Source of the DNA: a virus
Lineage: Duplodnaviria > Caudoviricetes
Reading direction: 5' to 3' (one strand)
DNA length: 35,878 bases
Virus record (IMG/VR): IMGVR_UViG_3300048576_000606
Span: 1-35,878 of that record
In this document: one piece after another, positions 1 to 8,965 of the stretch
Position numbering within the stretch: the first letter of the stretch is position 1
How the letters are laid out: every line of letters begins with the position of its first letter
Program-made: the position numbers and the translations under genes
The notes under the pieces: model-generated
The model's database searches: none
What the model saw: the letters and a program-made list of their open reading frames with translations, nothing else
Told to the model about the DNA's origin: nothing

Positions 1-401
1 GCCTGAAGGGGCTGCGGGCTGGCTTGCGGCGCGCTTCCAAACGAACTCCCTGAAGATGCCGTCATCGCCATTGATTCCATCAGTGCCATCAACTCCAGCA
101 GGGCCCTGGGCGCCGGGCGCGCCGGTGTTTCCCGTGTCGCCCTTGGGGCCGTCATGGCGCACCGGCGTACTCCATGCATCTATCAGCGTGCCGTCCAACT
201 CCTGCTTTGAGACGCTCATCCATAGAGGGTCTGTTCCGGTCGGAGGGTCATCGTACCAGCCAGACGGGATTCCATTGCCTGAAGGGGCTGCGGGCTGGCT
301 TGCGGCGCGCTTCCAAACGAACTCCCTGAAGATGCCGTCATCGCCATTGATTCCATCAGTGCCATCAACTCCAGCAGGGCCCTGGGCGCCGGGCGCGCCG
401 G
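1..401. repeat. Exact 125-nt direct repeat (1-125 = 277-401), period 276 nt = 92 codons, inside the tail-tip gene
   Basis: Base-by-base identity; encodes GAPGAQGPAGVDGTDGINGDDGIFREFVWKRAASQPAAPSG twice. Confidence 0.97.
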
Positions 402-2700
402 CCGGAGCAGCCAGCGGAGTAACGGATACGGGACCTACATAGGCGCCCTTGTGCGCGCCGGAGTCGACCAGCCTGACATATACGTCCTTTGCTACGCCGG
501 CGGTCATGCCGGGCTGCAGGTAAGAGCTCGGTGCGATCGGGACGACGGGGTATGTGGCTGTCGGAACAGCGTCGACTGCGGGCGCGACCGCCCCGGACAT
601 TACGATATGGATCTCGGCATAGACCAGATCGATGTCTTTTGGATTCATCCAGGTGATCACGGCCGCCTCGGTGGCTGCGGCCGCAACGAGGTTGGATACG
701 GAGGAAACGCTGCGGTCGGAGAACGTGTATGGAATTGCCGGAGCGTCGGAAATATCGAGTGCCTTGGTCGCAGCGTAAGTTCCGAGCTTGAAATATCGCA
801 CCGCCGCAGTGCGCGGGAAATCGGCGTGTGCGAGGATTTCAATATTTGTGCGCTCGATGATGTATACAGCAGCGCTGGCATTGTGTGAGGCCGCCGATGA
901 TCCAAGCCGGCCGCGCAGGGCACCTATCGTAAACCGATTATCACCTAGCGCCGTCACCGCACCGATCGATTGTATCTCCTGATCTACTACTAGCAACAGC
1001 GTGTTGTCAGACTGCGCGGCTGAGCTCTGAGCTGCAAGAGTTCCACTTATGTCGTATCCTTTGAGTGTGAGCGTGAGCGTGGCAGCAGATACATCCATAG
1101 CAGAGTCAATCGTCCCTGCGATCGCCCATGCCCGTGATACGTCATCTCCGATCTGGTCGTAGGTCGTTCCATCCTGCGAGTAATAAATGCGATAGCCTCG
1201 CGATGTCCCAGAGGGTCGAGCGGCCAGCACAATGACCTTCGGCGTGAGCGTCCCTGCCCACTCGGACGGCACCTGCAGTACCTTCGCATTTTCGACCGCG
1301 ACTGGATCAGCTGGTTCAGGGCGCGCTGGCGCCGCATCCGCTTCAGGCACGTGGCCGATAGGAGATAAGCCGCGCTCTAGTTCGAGCTGTAATTCTACTT
1401 CATCCGCGCGTGCTTGATCCCTCCGAGAGGTTACGCGGTAGACCTGGCTAGACGATGAGGGCGAATATGTGAAAATAATCCTACCACCAGGCATCACGCC
1501 TCGACACTGCGATCGACGGACGGAGATTGAGCCAGTGCCAGCAGCGGTTCCGTAAAAGCTGGCAATCAGCTGGGCCTGTAATTTCTGCTGGTAAGACGTG
1601 ATGAAGAACGGGCGTTCGTATGATTTTACACGATACTCTCGTAGACGCAGGCGTGCGGCTGTGTTTACTCCTATCTGGTAGGAGTCTTCCATTTCCCAAT
1701 CTCGATCCGGGCCGGTTATCACCGCATCGGTGATGACGCTCTCATCATCCGGAGCCGGGTCGTCTAGCTCTGGGTCTTTGGTTAAATCGTGTAGAGTGAT
1801 CTCAGTCAGTGTCGATGTGTCGATGTCTCCACGAGTAAACCGCCCAAGCTCGAGCTTCTCTCCGTTACGCCTCACCCACCCGTCGTACCCCTGCAGTACA
1901 GAGTCGAAGAACGATCCGAGCGAAGTCTTGTCCTCGACGTATATCGACTGATAGGCCACATGCGCTTCTGGCTCGACGACCCCATCGATCGTGACCGCCG
2001 CCGTCGTGTTTCTAATCGAAGTTGCAAGAGCCTCCGCAAGTGCATCATTAAAAAGGTTTGTTTGTCCATACCCGTAGAATGTATTCGAAACATACTCACA
2101 TACGGCTGTGACCGGGTTTGCTCCTTCCCTCGTCCGCGAGCCATCCAGCGTTCTGTAAGTTGGTGCGCGTTCAAGAAGAACGCGAATGTTTGGGACAGAA
2201 GTGCTGGATGAGCACTTGAGCTTTTTTGCCTCAAGCAAGATCTGGCCACGGTAAAACGGGTGATCCTCACCAATCGAATTCAGCACTATGAAATCACCGG
2301 TCCCTGTCTCGGTCCCCCAATGTAAGCGAAAGATACCAGCATCGCACGTGAGGTTGCCGGTATGCTCTGGGTGCGTAGTTCCTCGAGAGATCCCTCCACC
2401 CGTGGTCCAGACGATCTCTCCGTTTACTTCGATCGCCTCGATGTAGTCAGCAGGTCCACACGCCACAAGGCCGGCAACGTCGCAATATGTCACAGTAGCT
2501 CCGCCCCCCCCCTTCCCTTTCCCTCCTCCGCCCGAGGACGTAGTAACAATGTTGTAGGGCTCCTTCACGCACCAGACGATAGGGAGCCAGCGGCGGCCCG
2601 TAAAATACGGGAGCGGTGTCGTCTGCTGTGCGGTATCGAGCTTCTTGGCTGTTATCTGCCCAAGCGATGTATCGGTCTCTGCTGTAGCTGTAGAGAACAT
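1..2700 (-). CDS. Tail tip / host-specificity protein (GTA gp15/lambda J-like) with C-terminal collagen-like repeats; 3'-truncated, >900 aa
   Basis: Translated by hand: ATG at 2700 (MFSTATAETD...GGGGKGKGGGG...LVACGPADYIEAIEVNGEIVW), no in-frame stop down to position 1; directly follows NlpC/P60 gene; GxxGxx tracts at the C-terminal end. Confidence 0.88.
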   Translation of the reverse strand, partial: MFSTATAETDTSLGQITAKKLDTAQQTTPLPYFTGRRWLPIVWCVKEPYNIVTTSSGGGGKGKGGGGATVTYCDVAGLVACGPADYIEAIEVNGEIVWTTGGGISRGTTHPEHTGNLTCDAGIFRLHWGTETGTGDFIVLNSIGEDHPFYRGQILLEAKKLKCSSSTSVPNIRVLLERAPTYRTLDGSRTREGANPVTAVCEYVSNTFYGYGQTNLFNDALAEALATSIRNTTAAVTIDGVVEPEAHVAYQSIYVEDKTSLGSFFDSVLQGYDGWVRRNGEKLELGRFTRGDIDTSTLTEITLHDLTKDPELDDPAPDDESVITDAVITGPDRDWEMEDSYQIGVNTAARLRLREYRVKSYERPFFITSYQQKLQAQLIASFYGTAAGTGSISVRRSQCRGVMPGGRIIFTYSPSSSSQVYRVTSRRDQARADEVELQLELERGLSPIGHVPEADAAPARPEPADPVAVENAKVLQVPSEWAGTLTPKVIVLAARPSGTSRGYRIYYSQDGTTYDQIGDDVSRAWAIAGTIDSAMDVSAATLTLTLKGYDISGTLAAQSSAAQSDNTLLLVVDQEIQSIGAVTALGDNRFTIGALRGRLGSSAASHNASAAVYIIERTNIEILAHADFPRTAAVRYFKLGTYAATKALDISDAPAIPYTFSDRSVSSVSNLVAAAATEAAVITWMNPKDIDLVYAEIHIVMSGAVAPAVDAVPTATYPVVPIAPSSYLQPGMTAGVAKDVYVRLVDSGAHKGAYVGPVSVTPLAAPAGAPGAQGPAGVDGTDGINGDDGIFREFVWKRAASQPAAPSGNGIPSGWYDDPPTGTDPLWMSVSKQELDGTLIDAWSTPVRHDGPKGDTGNTGAPGAQGPAGVDGTDGINGDDGIFREFVWKRAASQPAAPSG

Positions 2701-2702
2701 GG

Positions 2703-3197
2703 CTAGTGCTTGATTGGTCGATACGCCGCGACGAGGTATCCCAGAACGCTCTTCCCTCGGAGCACCAGATCATAGCGTATTGTATGAGCGCCGCGCTTCT
2801 TGAGAGTATGGAGAATGTCGCCATCTCCCAAATACACACCCGAGTGGTGTGAAACTTTTTCCATCTTGAACATCAGTGCATCGCCTAAGAGTAGGTCGCG
2901 GATATCGACGCTCGGGATCAGAACGAAATTCGAGGTGAGTTCAGGCCATGTATCGAATGCCTCGATGAGTATGCTTTTCTCGTTATGCTGAGCCCAGTCC
3001 ATCGCCTTGTCGGGCCACGACAGAGGTCCTATCACCCCGCAGGAGCGATACACATAGTTGAGCAGATGCACACAATCCATTCCGCCGAGCTCGCCCGGAG
3101 CCTCGCTGTTTGCGAAGAACGGAGTGCCGATAACAGTCTGCGCTGACTGGAATAGAAGTGCCTTGCGCTCGGGGGTGTCGAAAAAGGATGCGATCAT
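2703..3197 (-). CDS. NlpC/P60 family tail-associated peptidase
   Basis: IGTPF...GMDCVHL (catalytic Cys), HHSGVYLGDGDILH (His); position between hub and tail-tip genes as in GTA-like tails. Confidence 0.9.
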   Translation of the reverse strand: MIASFFDTPERKALLFQSAQTVIGTPFFANSEAPGELGGMDCVHLLNYVYRSCGVIGPLSWPDKAMDWAQHNEKSILIEAFDTWPELTSNFVLIPSVDIRDLLLGDALMFKMEKVSHHSGVYLGDGDILHTLKKRGAHTIRYDLVLRGKSVLGYLVAAYRPIKH

Positions 3198-4966
3198 TTT
3201 TTACCTGAGTTTGATGATTCGGCGGTCGGAAGACTTAACGAGTATACCGGAAGATTAGGATGGCCGCGGAAACGCGCCTTCCACCCGTCAGGGTCCAGCG
3301 CCTTGCACACAGCTACCGACCTGTCACAGATGCGATAATAGGTCACAGTCTGACCGGATGCAGCCTGCCGAAGCGGCCTATCGAGGGTGAATTGTTGGCC
3401 TCCGGTGACAGGCGCTGATGCGATAACCGTACGGGTCTCCCATGCGAGTCCGGTTCCGACGCAGATACAGCCAGGCGCGTAGGTGTTCTCAGTTTCTGTA
3501 TCATCCGCCGAGACAACCACCGTTGTCCCAGATGCGGTCGCAAGCGTCCCTATCTTTTTGAATGCGGCAAGGTCGTGGCCGCATTCATTGCTGCAGAAGT
3601 CAGTGTTGCAACTTGGCCCGATCCGGACCATCGGCCCCTCGCGATCGATCAGGCCGCCGAGGAATTTCCCTTCCGCCGAATAGCGCCTACCGGTCTTCGG
3701 AGCCCTCGTAACGGTGCCAGCCCACACTAGCTTTTGCTGGTCTGGGTCGATTGGCTCTGTCTCGATCTCGTAGATACGCAGCTCAAGCTTCCCTTCCAGC
3801 ACGTTCGGGTTAAACATCGCCAGCGGGTTGCCAGGGGATTCGAAAGAATTCAGCGTCACATCCTCGGTCGTAAGCGTGAGTCCAGAATTCATGTCCTCAT
3901 GCTCCATAGGCGCTGGCGTGTAAATTCCGTCACCCGTGACTGTCATGGGCCGCCAGCAATTCGTGAAGCGGAAGGTGACAGGTTCCGGGATCGCGTAGGT
4001 GAATCTGTATAGATAGAGTCTCGGTGGCTGCTGCGGAGTCTCTCCTGATACGCCTGCGATCTCCCAGGGTACTTCGATGAGTTTTATCTCCGCCGTCGCG
4101 CTCTCAGTATCGACATATGAGATGACGAGCGCCTCATCATCGAATCGCACCATCGAGGAGTGCGGGGCATTCTGGGTCGGATCGCCAGGCGTGTACCAAA
4201 ACGCTGAATCGAATGGTTTCCACGGCCCACGGCAGGCGCTGTAAAACCCTATCAAGGTTCCGATTTCTTCTCCAGAAAGCATCGTGAAGCCTGCCTTGCT
4301 AGTCCAGCGCAGTGCGCGTTCTTGCTGTCCGATCACCTGCTGACGAAGATATCCGATACGCTCAAATTCCAACTCACGCACTGGAGTTTCAACCGGAGCG
4401 TCGGACCAGTCAGGGGATAGCGCAGTCGGCCAAGTTCCTATTTCCATCGAAACAGCCGGGCCGATACGGAAGTCCCATGGAGAGTCTTCAGTAACAGTGA
4501 ATTCACACGTTGCCGCGTCATCCCCGTCGCTCGGCCTGATAGGCGGCAGCTCCGTGATATGACCCACTAGCAACGGAGCGTAGGTATGGCTGCTGTCGAG
4601 CGTTGCACCGGCCGCAAGAATCGCAGGAGCAGTGAGGTCTATTATCCTCTGTGCTGCGTAGCATTTAGGGGCGGAATCTCCTGAGAATTGGTCCATCCAT
4701 AGCGGATACCCGACCCATCCAGTCCCAAGCGTCGCAAGCATATTCCTGAGCGCCTGTGCTTCGGATCCTTCCGCAGAGATCCCGCAGAAAGCTGTAAGGA
4801 GCATCTGTTCGGCTTCCGGAACGCGGTCCTCGCGATCGGATAGTCCCGAGGTGACGCGAGCAGCGAATAAATGCGAAACAGACACATCCATACTCCAATC
4901 TGCCGGAGTCAGGAGGCAGATAATCGAGAGGCTATCTGAGTAGAGAATTGGAAATGATAATGACAT
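3194..4966 (-). CDS. Distal tail / baseplate hub fusion protein (DUF2460-like N-half plus DUF2163/BR0599-like C-half)
   Basis: Two PxDWS-led segments and FYSACRGPWKPF in the N-half; LYRFT...FRFT, CNTDFCSNECG, CDRSVAVC...FRGHP in the C-half; directly after tape measure. Confidence 0.75.
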   Translation of the reverse strand: MSLSFPILYSDSLSIICLLTPADWSMDVSVSHLFAARVTSGLSDREDRVPEAEQMLLTAFCGISAEGSEAQALRNMLATLGTGWVGYPLWMDQFSGDSAPKCYAAQRIIDLTAPAILAAGATLDSSHTYAPLLVGHITELPPIRPSDGDDAATCEFTVTEDSPWDFRIGPAVSMEIGTWPTALSPDWSDAPVETPVRELEFERIGYLRQQVIGQQERALRWTSKAGFTMLSGEEIGTLIGFYSACRGPWKPFDSAFWYTPGDPTQNAPHSSMVRFDDEALVISYVDTESATAEIKLIEVPWEIAGVSGETPQQPPRLYLYRFTYAIPEPVTFRFTNCWRPMTVTGDGIYTPAPMEHEDMNSGLTLTTEDVTLNSFESPGNPLAMFNPNVLEGKLELRIYEIETEPIDPDQQKLVWAGTVTRAPKTGRRYSAEGKFLGGLIDREGPMVRIGPSCNTDFCSNECGHDLAAFKKIGTLATASGTTVVVSADDTETENTYAPGCICVGTGLAWETRTVIASAPVTGGQQFTLDRPLRQAASGQTVTYYRICDRSVAVCKALDPDGWKARFRGHPNLPVYSLSLPTAESSNSGKK

Positions 4967-4969
4967 GGA

Positions 4970-7180
4970 CTAGACCTTACGTCCGAGTGCGCGCCGCGTG
5001 TCATGGTTGATCTTGACCACGCTCGTCCTGTATCGCGGATCTCGCTTGAGCTGTTCGATTGCATTGTGATTGCGGTAATCAACGAAGACGGTGCGCTCGG
5101 GGCGGGATTGAGACGATCCAGCCGCAGCGCCTGCAACGGTCTGCGCAGGCCGCGTGTAGGGTGTCGGCAGCGCGGCTACTACGTTCGAAAACCGGCCTGA
5201 ATTGAGAGCATCGACGCCACTCTGGCCCAGCCAGGATGTTGCCCCGGCATTCAGCACCGACTCGGTGCCAGCCTCGTTTACCTGGATGAACTGGCGGCCT
5301 CCTCCTACGACGCCGCCCTTCTCGAATTTTGCCAGCGACGTGACTAGGGCGATCATTCCGGCGATTGATGCAGCGAATACTAGCGGGCCTGCAATCGGGC
5401 CAAGCTCCATGATGGAGCGGAAGACGCCGGCGATACCTGTCACGGCAGACTGCGTACCTGCTGCTGCGACAGTGACTCCGGTGCTGGCTGCAGACTCGGC
5501 AGCGACCGCCCCAGTGCGTGCCGCAGCACCTGCGGCGACGATCCCGGTCTTGGCGCTCTCTGCAGCTGCAGTCGTAGCCACGTCCTTTGTCTTAAAGAGG
5601 GACGACCAGATGGTCATGATTGTGTGCTTGAAAATCCAATCGGAGACCATCTGGCCAGCGGCATGTGCGAAGCCCTGTACGAGCCCGTTCCAGATACTTT
5701 TGAATTTGCTCAGGAGTCCTCCGCCCTTGGTCATCATATCCGATATGGCTGAGCCCATGCTCGTGCGCATACTGTTTGCCGCCGAACTCCACCCCCTGGC
5801 TACTTGATCCCCCCAGGTGCCGATCTCCGCCATCTGACCCTGGAGAGCACCCATCATCCCACTTTCCCCGCTCTGATAGTGCTTCGATGGATCCGCCATT
5901 GATGACACTGCGTTACGGCCTTGCTGTTCCAGTGTGGCCGGTGCTTTACCCCGACGCTTTTGATCGGTGCCGTGTTTGTTCAACTGATCGATAAGGCTGA
6001 GGACAGAGCCAGACTCCATGCCAGGGTTCTCATCTATGAGCGACTGGAGCGACTCCTTGAGATTTTCGATCTCATCAGCCTGCTCAGATATAAGCTGGTT
6101 CCGACGGGCCTGCTTTTCCAAGTCATTGAATTCGTGATTTCCATCGATATCAGCAATAGCATCATCGTAGCCCTTGATTGCCTGCTGCGCGTCGTGGATC
6201 GCCGATGTAAAGCCACCTGACGCGGCAAATTCCACCTTCTTGATTTCGCGCTCAAGGGCAGCAGTAGCGGCGGCCGCATCCTCGGCGGAAAGCGCCACTT
6301 TCCCGTTCGAATCATAGATGTGTGTCAGTCCCTCTATCTCTGAGATCTGCTCCTTGAATTTTGCAGTGGGATCTCCGACCTGGCGATAGGTACTCCCCTT
6401 CGCTGCCAGCGCCTCGTCCGCTTTGGCGATCGCTTCCTCCACCTTACGGCCATCCTCGATCTGCTTCTCAACGCTATCTTCGACTGATTTCTGACTGCCT
6501 TCAGACATCTCCTTCTTCAAGGACATGATTTCCGTCTTCAGAGCAGTAATACGTTTCAGCAGCGGCACCATCGAGGCCTGAGCACTATCAGCCTGTTCCA
6601 GGAGTGCCTCGAAAAACGACCGAGCCCCCACTCCAGCCTCTGTGCTCTGGACGCCATAGCTAGCCGCAGTATCCTGAGGCACCTTCCCAGACATATTGCT
6701 GATGTTGCCTCCGGTTGACTGCGTGACCCAACCAATACCTGACATCGCTTTTGTACGTTTCGCCTCAAGCTCATCGTAGATCTTTTTGAGCTGGTCGGCT
6801 TCCAGCGACAGCGACTCTATGACGGCATTCTTCGGGATATTCTTACGCGATGCATTGAGCGCATCCGAGTGGAGCTGGCTCATATCGGTCGCAATCTTTT
6901 GGGCGCGCTCCTCAATTAGCTTTGCGTACTCATCGGCTTGTTTCCACGCCGAGATGACAGCATCCACCACCCCACGAGCGATTTGGAATCCCGAACCAAT
7001 ACCGAGAGCGCCAAGGATGAGTTCAGCGCCGCTGAACTTTTTGCTCACTTTCCTCTGAAGCTCATCCCAATCTCCGCCAGCTGACCGTGCTCTATCCCCC
7101 AGCCTGTCTAGACCCTGAGTGGTCTGCTGGATGCCACTACCATCTGCCGTAGTCGTGAGTTTGATGTCAATCTGGGTCAT
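4970..7180 (-). CDS. Tail tape measure protein
   Basis: 736 aa, Ala/Gly-rich helical, C-terminal FEKGGVVGG...VNEAGTESVLN motif, downstream of tail chaperone. Confidence 0.9.
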   Translation of the reverse strand: MTQIDIKLTTTADGSGIQQTTQGLDRLGDRARSAGGDWDELQRKVSKKFSGAELILGALGIGSGFQIARGVVDAVISAWKQADEYAKLIEERAQKIATDMSQLHSDALNASRKNIPKNAVIESLSLEADQLKKIYDELEAKRTKAMSGIGWVTQSTGGNISNMSGKVPQDTAASYGVQSTEAGVGARSFFEALLEQADSAQASMVPLLKRITALKTEIMSLKKEMSEGSQKSVEDSVEKQIEDGRKVEEAIAKADEALAAKGSTYRQVGDPTAKFKEQISEIEGLTHIYDSNGKVALSAEDAAAATAALEREIKKVEFAASGGFTSAIHDAQQAIKGYDDAIADIDGNHEFNDLEKQARRNQLISEQADEIENLKESLQSLIDENPGMESGSVLSLIDQLNKHGTDQKRRGKAPATLEQQGRNAVSSMADPSKHYQSGESGMMGALQGQMAEIGTWGDQVARGWSSAANSMRTSMGSAISDMMTKGGGLLSKFKSIWNGLVQGFAHAAGQMVSDWIFKHTIMTIWSSLFKTKDVATTAAAESAKTGIVAAGAAARTGAVAAESAASTGVTVAAAGTQSAVTGIAGVFRSIMELGPIAGPLVFAASIAGMIALVTSLAKFEKGGVVGGGRQFIQVNEAGTESVLNAGATSWLGQSGVDALNSGRFSNVVAALPTPYTRPAQTVAGAAAGSSQSRPERTVFVDYRNHNAIEQLKRDPRYRTSVVKINHDTRRALGRKV

Positions 7181-7181
7181 A

Positions 7182-7379
7182 TCAGATTTCCTTCCCTCCT
7201 TGCTTTTTCCTAAGCTCGTTTACCTGCGTTGTGAGTAGGTCGAGATCTAGCAGAGTACACTCGTCCAAATATTCAGCGGAATAGCCGGCATCTACGAGGT
7301 AGGCATAGAGCCCACCCATTAGCTCTTCGGGGTCGCAAACCCCCGCACGAGAGCCACGATGCCGGCATAAGAGTTTTTT
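7182..7379 (-). CDS. -1 frameshift extension of the tail assembly chaperone (lambda gpT-like)
   Basis: -1 frame is open from slippery A AAA AAC (7379-7373) to TGA at 7184-7182, one base before the tape measure ATG. Confidence 0.8.
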   Translation of the reverse strand, partial: KKLLCRHRGSRAGVCDPEELMGGLYAYLVDAGYSAEYLDECTLLDLDLLTTQVNELRKKQGGKEI

Positions 7380-7720
7380 GTTTTCTCATCCAAATTTATC
7401 TCGATCGCAGCGTTCACGAGAAGCAGCACATCGCTCGCATCGATCTGTCCGATCTCATCGGGTGTCATTTGCGTCGCATGTGTGAGCAAATGGATGACCA
7501 TCTCATCGCTCTGCACGATGTAGCCCGGTATCTTTTCGAAAAGATTGGCTGCCTTCGGATTTTGCTCATCTCCTATCGCGAAGATATCTCGGAGAAAATC
7601 TCCAAGTGCCTTGATGAAATCCGTGGCCGCCTTCCATGACATGCGACGCACGATGATGATCTTTGGTGCATCTCCGACATATACCTCCACATTCTTGGTT
7701 CTCTGCGTGATCGTAGACAT
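7319..7720 (-). CDS. Tail assembly chaperone (lambda gpG-like)
   Basis: 133 aa acidic helical protein upstream of tape measure, with an in-frame slippery heptamer at codons T-K-N. Confidence 0.8.
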   Translation of the reverse strand: MSTITQRTKNVEVYVGDAPKIIIVRRMSWKAATDFIKALGDFLRDIFAIGDEQNPKAANLFEKIPGYIVQSDEMVIHLLTHATQMTPDEIGQIDASDVLLLVNAAIEINLDEKTKNSYAGIVALVRGFATPKS

Positions 7721-7733
7721 AATTTCTGTTTAC

Positions 7734-8774
7734 TTAGGTTGATGATTTCTCTTTTTGCGTTGCGCGGATCCGATGGACAGTGGCCTTAACCTTGGCAGCC
7801 ATGCCTGCCTGTTTGCTGGAAAGTGGATCGAATACCAGTGCATCGAGAGTTGCCTGCTCTTCTTTCGAGGCATTGGCCTTGGCCTGATCGAGTTTCGGGA
7901 CGAGCACCTCGGCTACTTTGGCTTGCTCTTTGCGTTCGGCATGGGCCCATGACATCGCAATGAAGAATAGGATGATGAGCACGATAGCCCCGATGACGGC
8001 CCACTTATACCAGGATTCCCCTACGATCTGAGAAAGGCCGAACGCGATGCAGGAACATAGCATACAGAAGCCAGCTGCGGCCGCTAGGCGGCTTAGAGAG
8101 CCGATGAATAATCCGGCTACGACGAGGATTGCGGCGAGTGAGGCGAGTGCCACGGCTCCACGGTTGAGCCAGGTCTGCTGCTCGCGGATATTTTCGGACC
8201 TGACCTCATCGAGCTTCTTATCGTAGGCAGCGATTATATCAGTAAGGTCTTGTTTTGCCTTGGCCTTCAGATCGGCAAGCTCCTTGCCCTTGGCTTCGAT
8301 TATCGCCTTAAGCGCATCTTGGGAAGCTTTGGCCCGGGCTGTAACTGCAGCCAACTCGGCATTGGCAGCCTGGGCAGCGCCAGTGGCATCTGTCACCAAT
8401 CTACGAGCTTCCTCTGACTTACCCTCTGCGTTTGCTCTGGCTATTCGCTCTCCTATGAGCAGTTGCTCAGGATCAGGTTTTGCATCGCCGTTGTTCGCCT
8501 TGGCAAGCCTGATTGCGTCGGCTGTCGTAGCCTTCGGCGCGCCGTCTGGGTTTCCCCTGTTTGCCGTATCGGCCGTATCCAGATTAGCTGCTACACGCTG
8601 TCTCTGCTTTTCTGCAAGCTCCCTCTCATGTTCCGCTTTCAGCTTTGCATCAGCGGCAGTTGCCGAGAGCTCAGTAAGATCAACCGCTGGGTCCGCGACA
8701 ACATACTTCTGCGGCTGCTCAGTAACGCAGCCAGACAGGAGCAATAAGCAGAGTGTTGCGATTACCAGTCTCAC
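7734..8774 (-). CDS. Lipoprotein with long coiled coil and three C-terminal hydrophobic helices; spanin candidate
   Basis: MRLVIATLCLLLLSGC lipobox; Ala/Lys/Glu heptad-like region; three hydrophobic segments around residues 205-277. Confidence 0.6.
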   Translation of the reverse strand: MRLVIATLCLLLLSGCVTEQPQKYVVADPAVDLTELSATAADAKLKAEHERELAEKQRQRVAANLDTADTANRGNPDGAPKATTADAIRLAKANNGDAKPDPEQLLIGERIARANAEGKSEEARRLVTDATGAAQAANAELAAVTARAKASQDALKAIIEAKGKELADLKAKAKQDLTDIIAAYDKKLDEVRSENIREQQTWLNRGAVALASLAAILVVAGLFIGSLSRLAAAAGFCMLCSCIAFGLSQIVGESWYKWAVIGAIVLIILFFIAMSWAHAERKEQAKVAEVLVPKLDQAKANASKEEQATLDALVFDPLSSKQAGMAAKVKATVHRIRATQKEKSST

Positions 8775-8941
8775 TTTCCGAGTTTGGTCTTGAGGATAGC
8801 GGCTTCAGCCTTGGCGGCTTCGAGGAGTTTGGTTCCGTTCGTCTTGAATCTCTGCGCGACGGCAGGATTATTGGCGGCGATGAAGATGCCCAGCAGCGTG
8901 AAGGCTGCGGCGAATACGGTGATGAGTGCGTACTGGATCAT
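8771..8941 (-). CDS. 56-aa single-TM protein (holin/spanin accessory candidate); not in ORF track
   Basis: MIQYALITVFAAAFTLLGIFIAANNPAVAQRFKTNGTKLLEAAKAEAAILKTKLGK; stop overlaps next start (GTGA); fills the gap. Confidence 0.75.
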   Translation of the reverse strand: MIQYALITVFAAAFTLLGIFIAANNPAVAQRFKTNGTKLLEAAKAEAAILKTKLGK

Positions 8942-8965
8942 GGAGTTTCCTTTCGTTTTTCGTTG

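Noticed and set aside
1-401. Direct repeat as DGR template/variable repeat or CRISPR
   Set aside because: Copies are identical with no adenine-specific mismatches, in-frame within one gene, and no reverse transcriptase or cas gene is in the window
56-2706. Short ORFs listed on both strands in the first 2.7 kb
   Set aside because: All overlap the uninterrupted minus-strand tail-tip frame 2700 to <1
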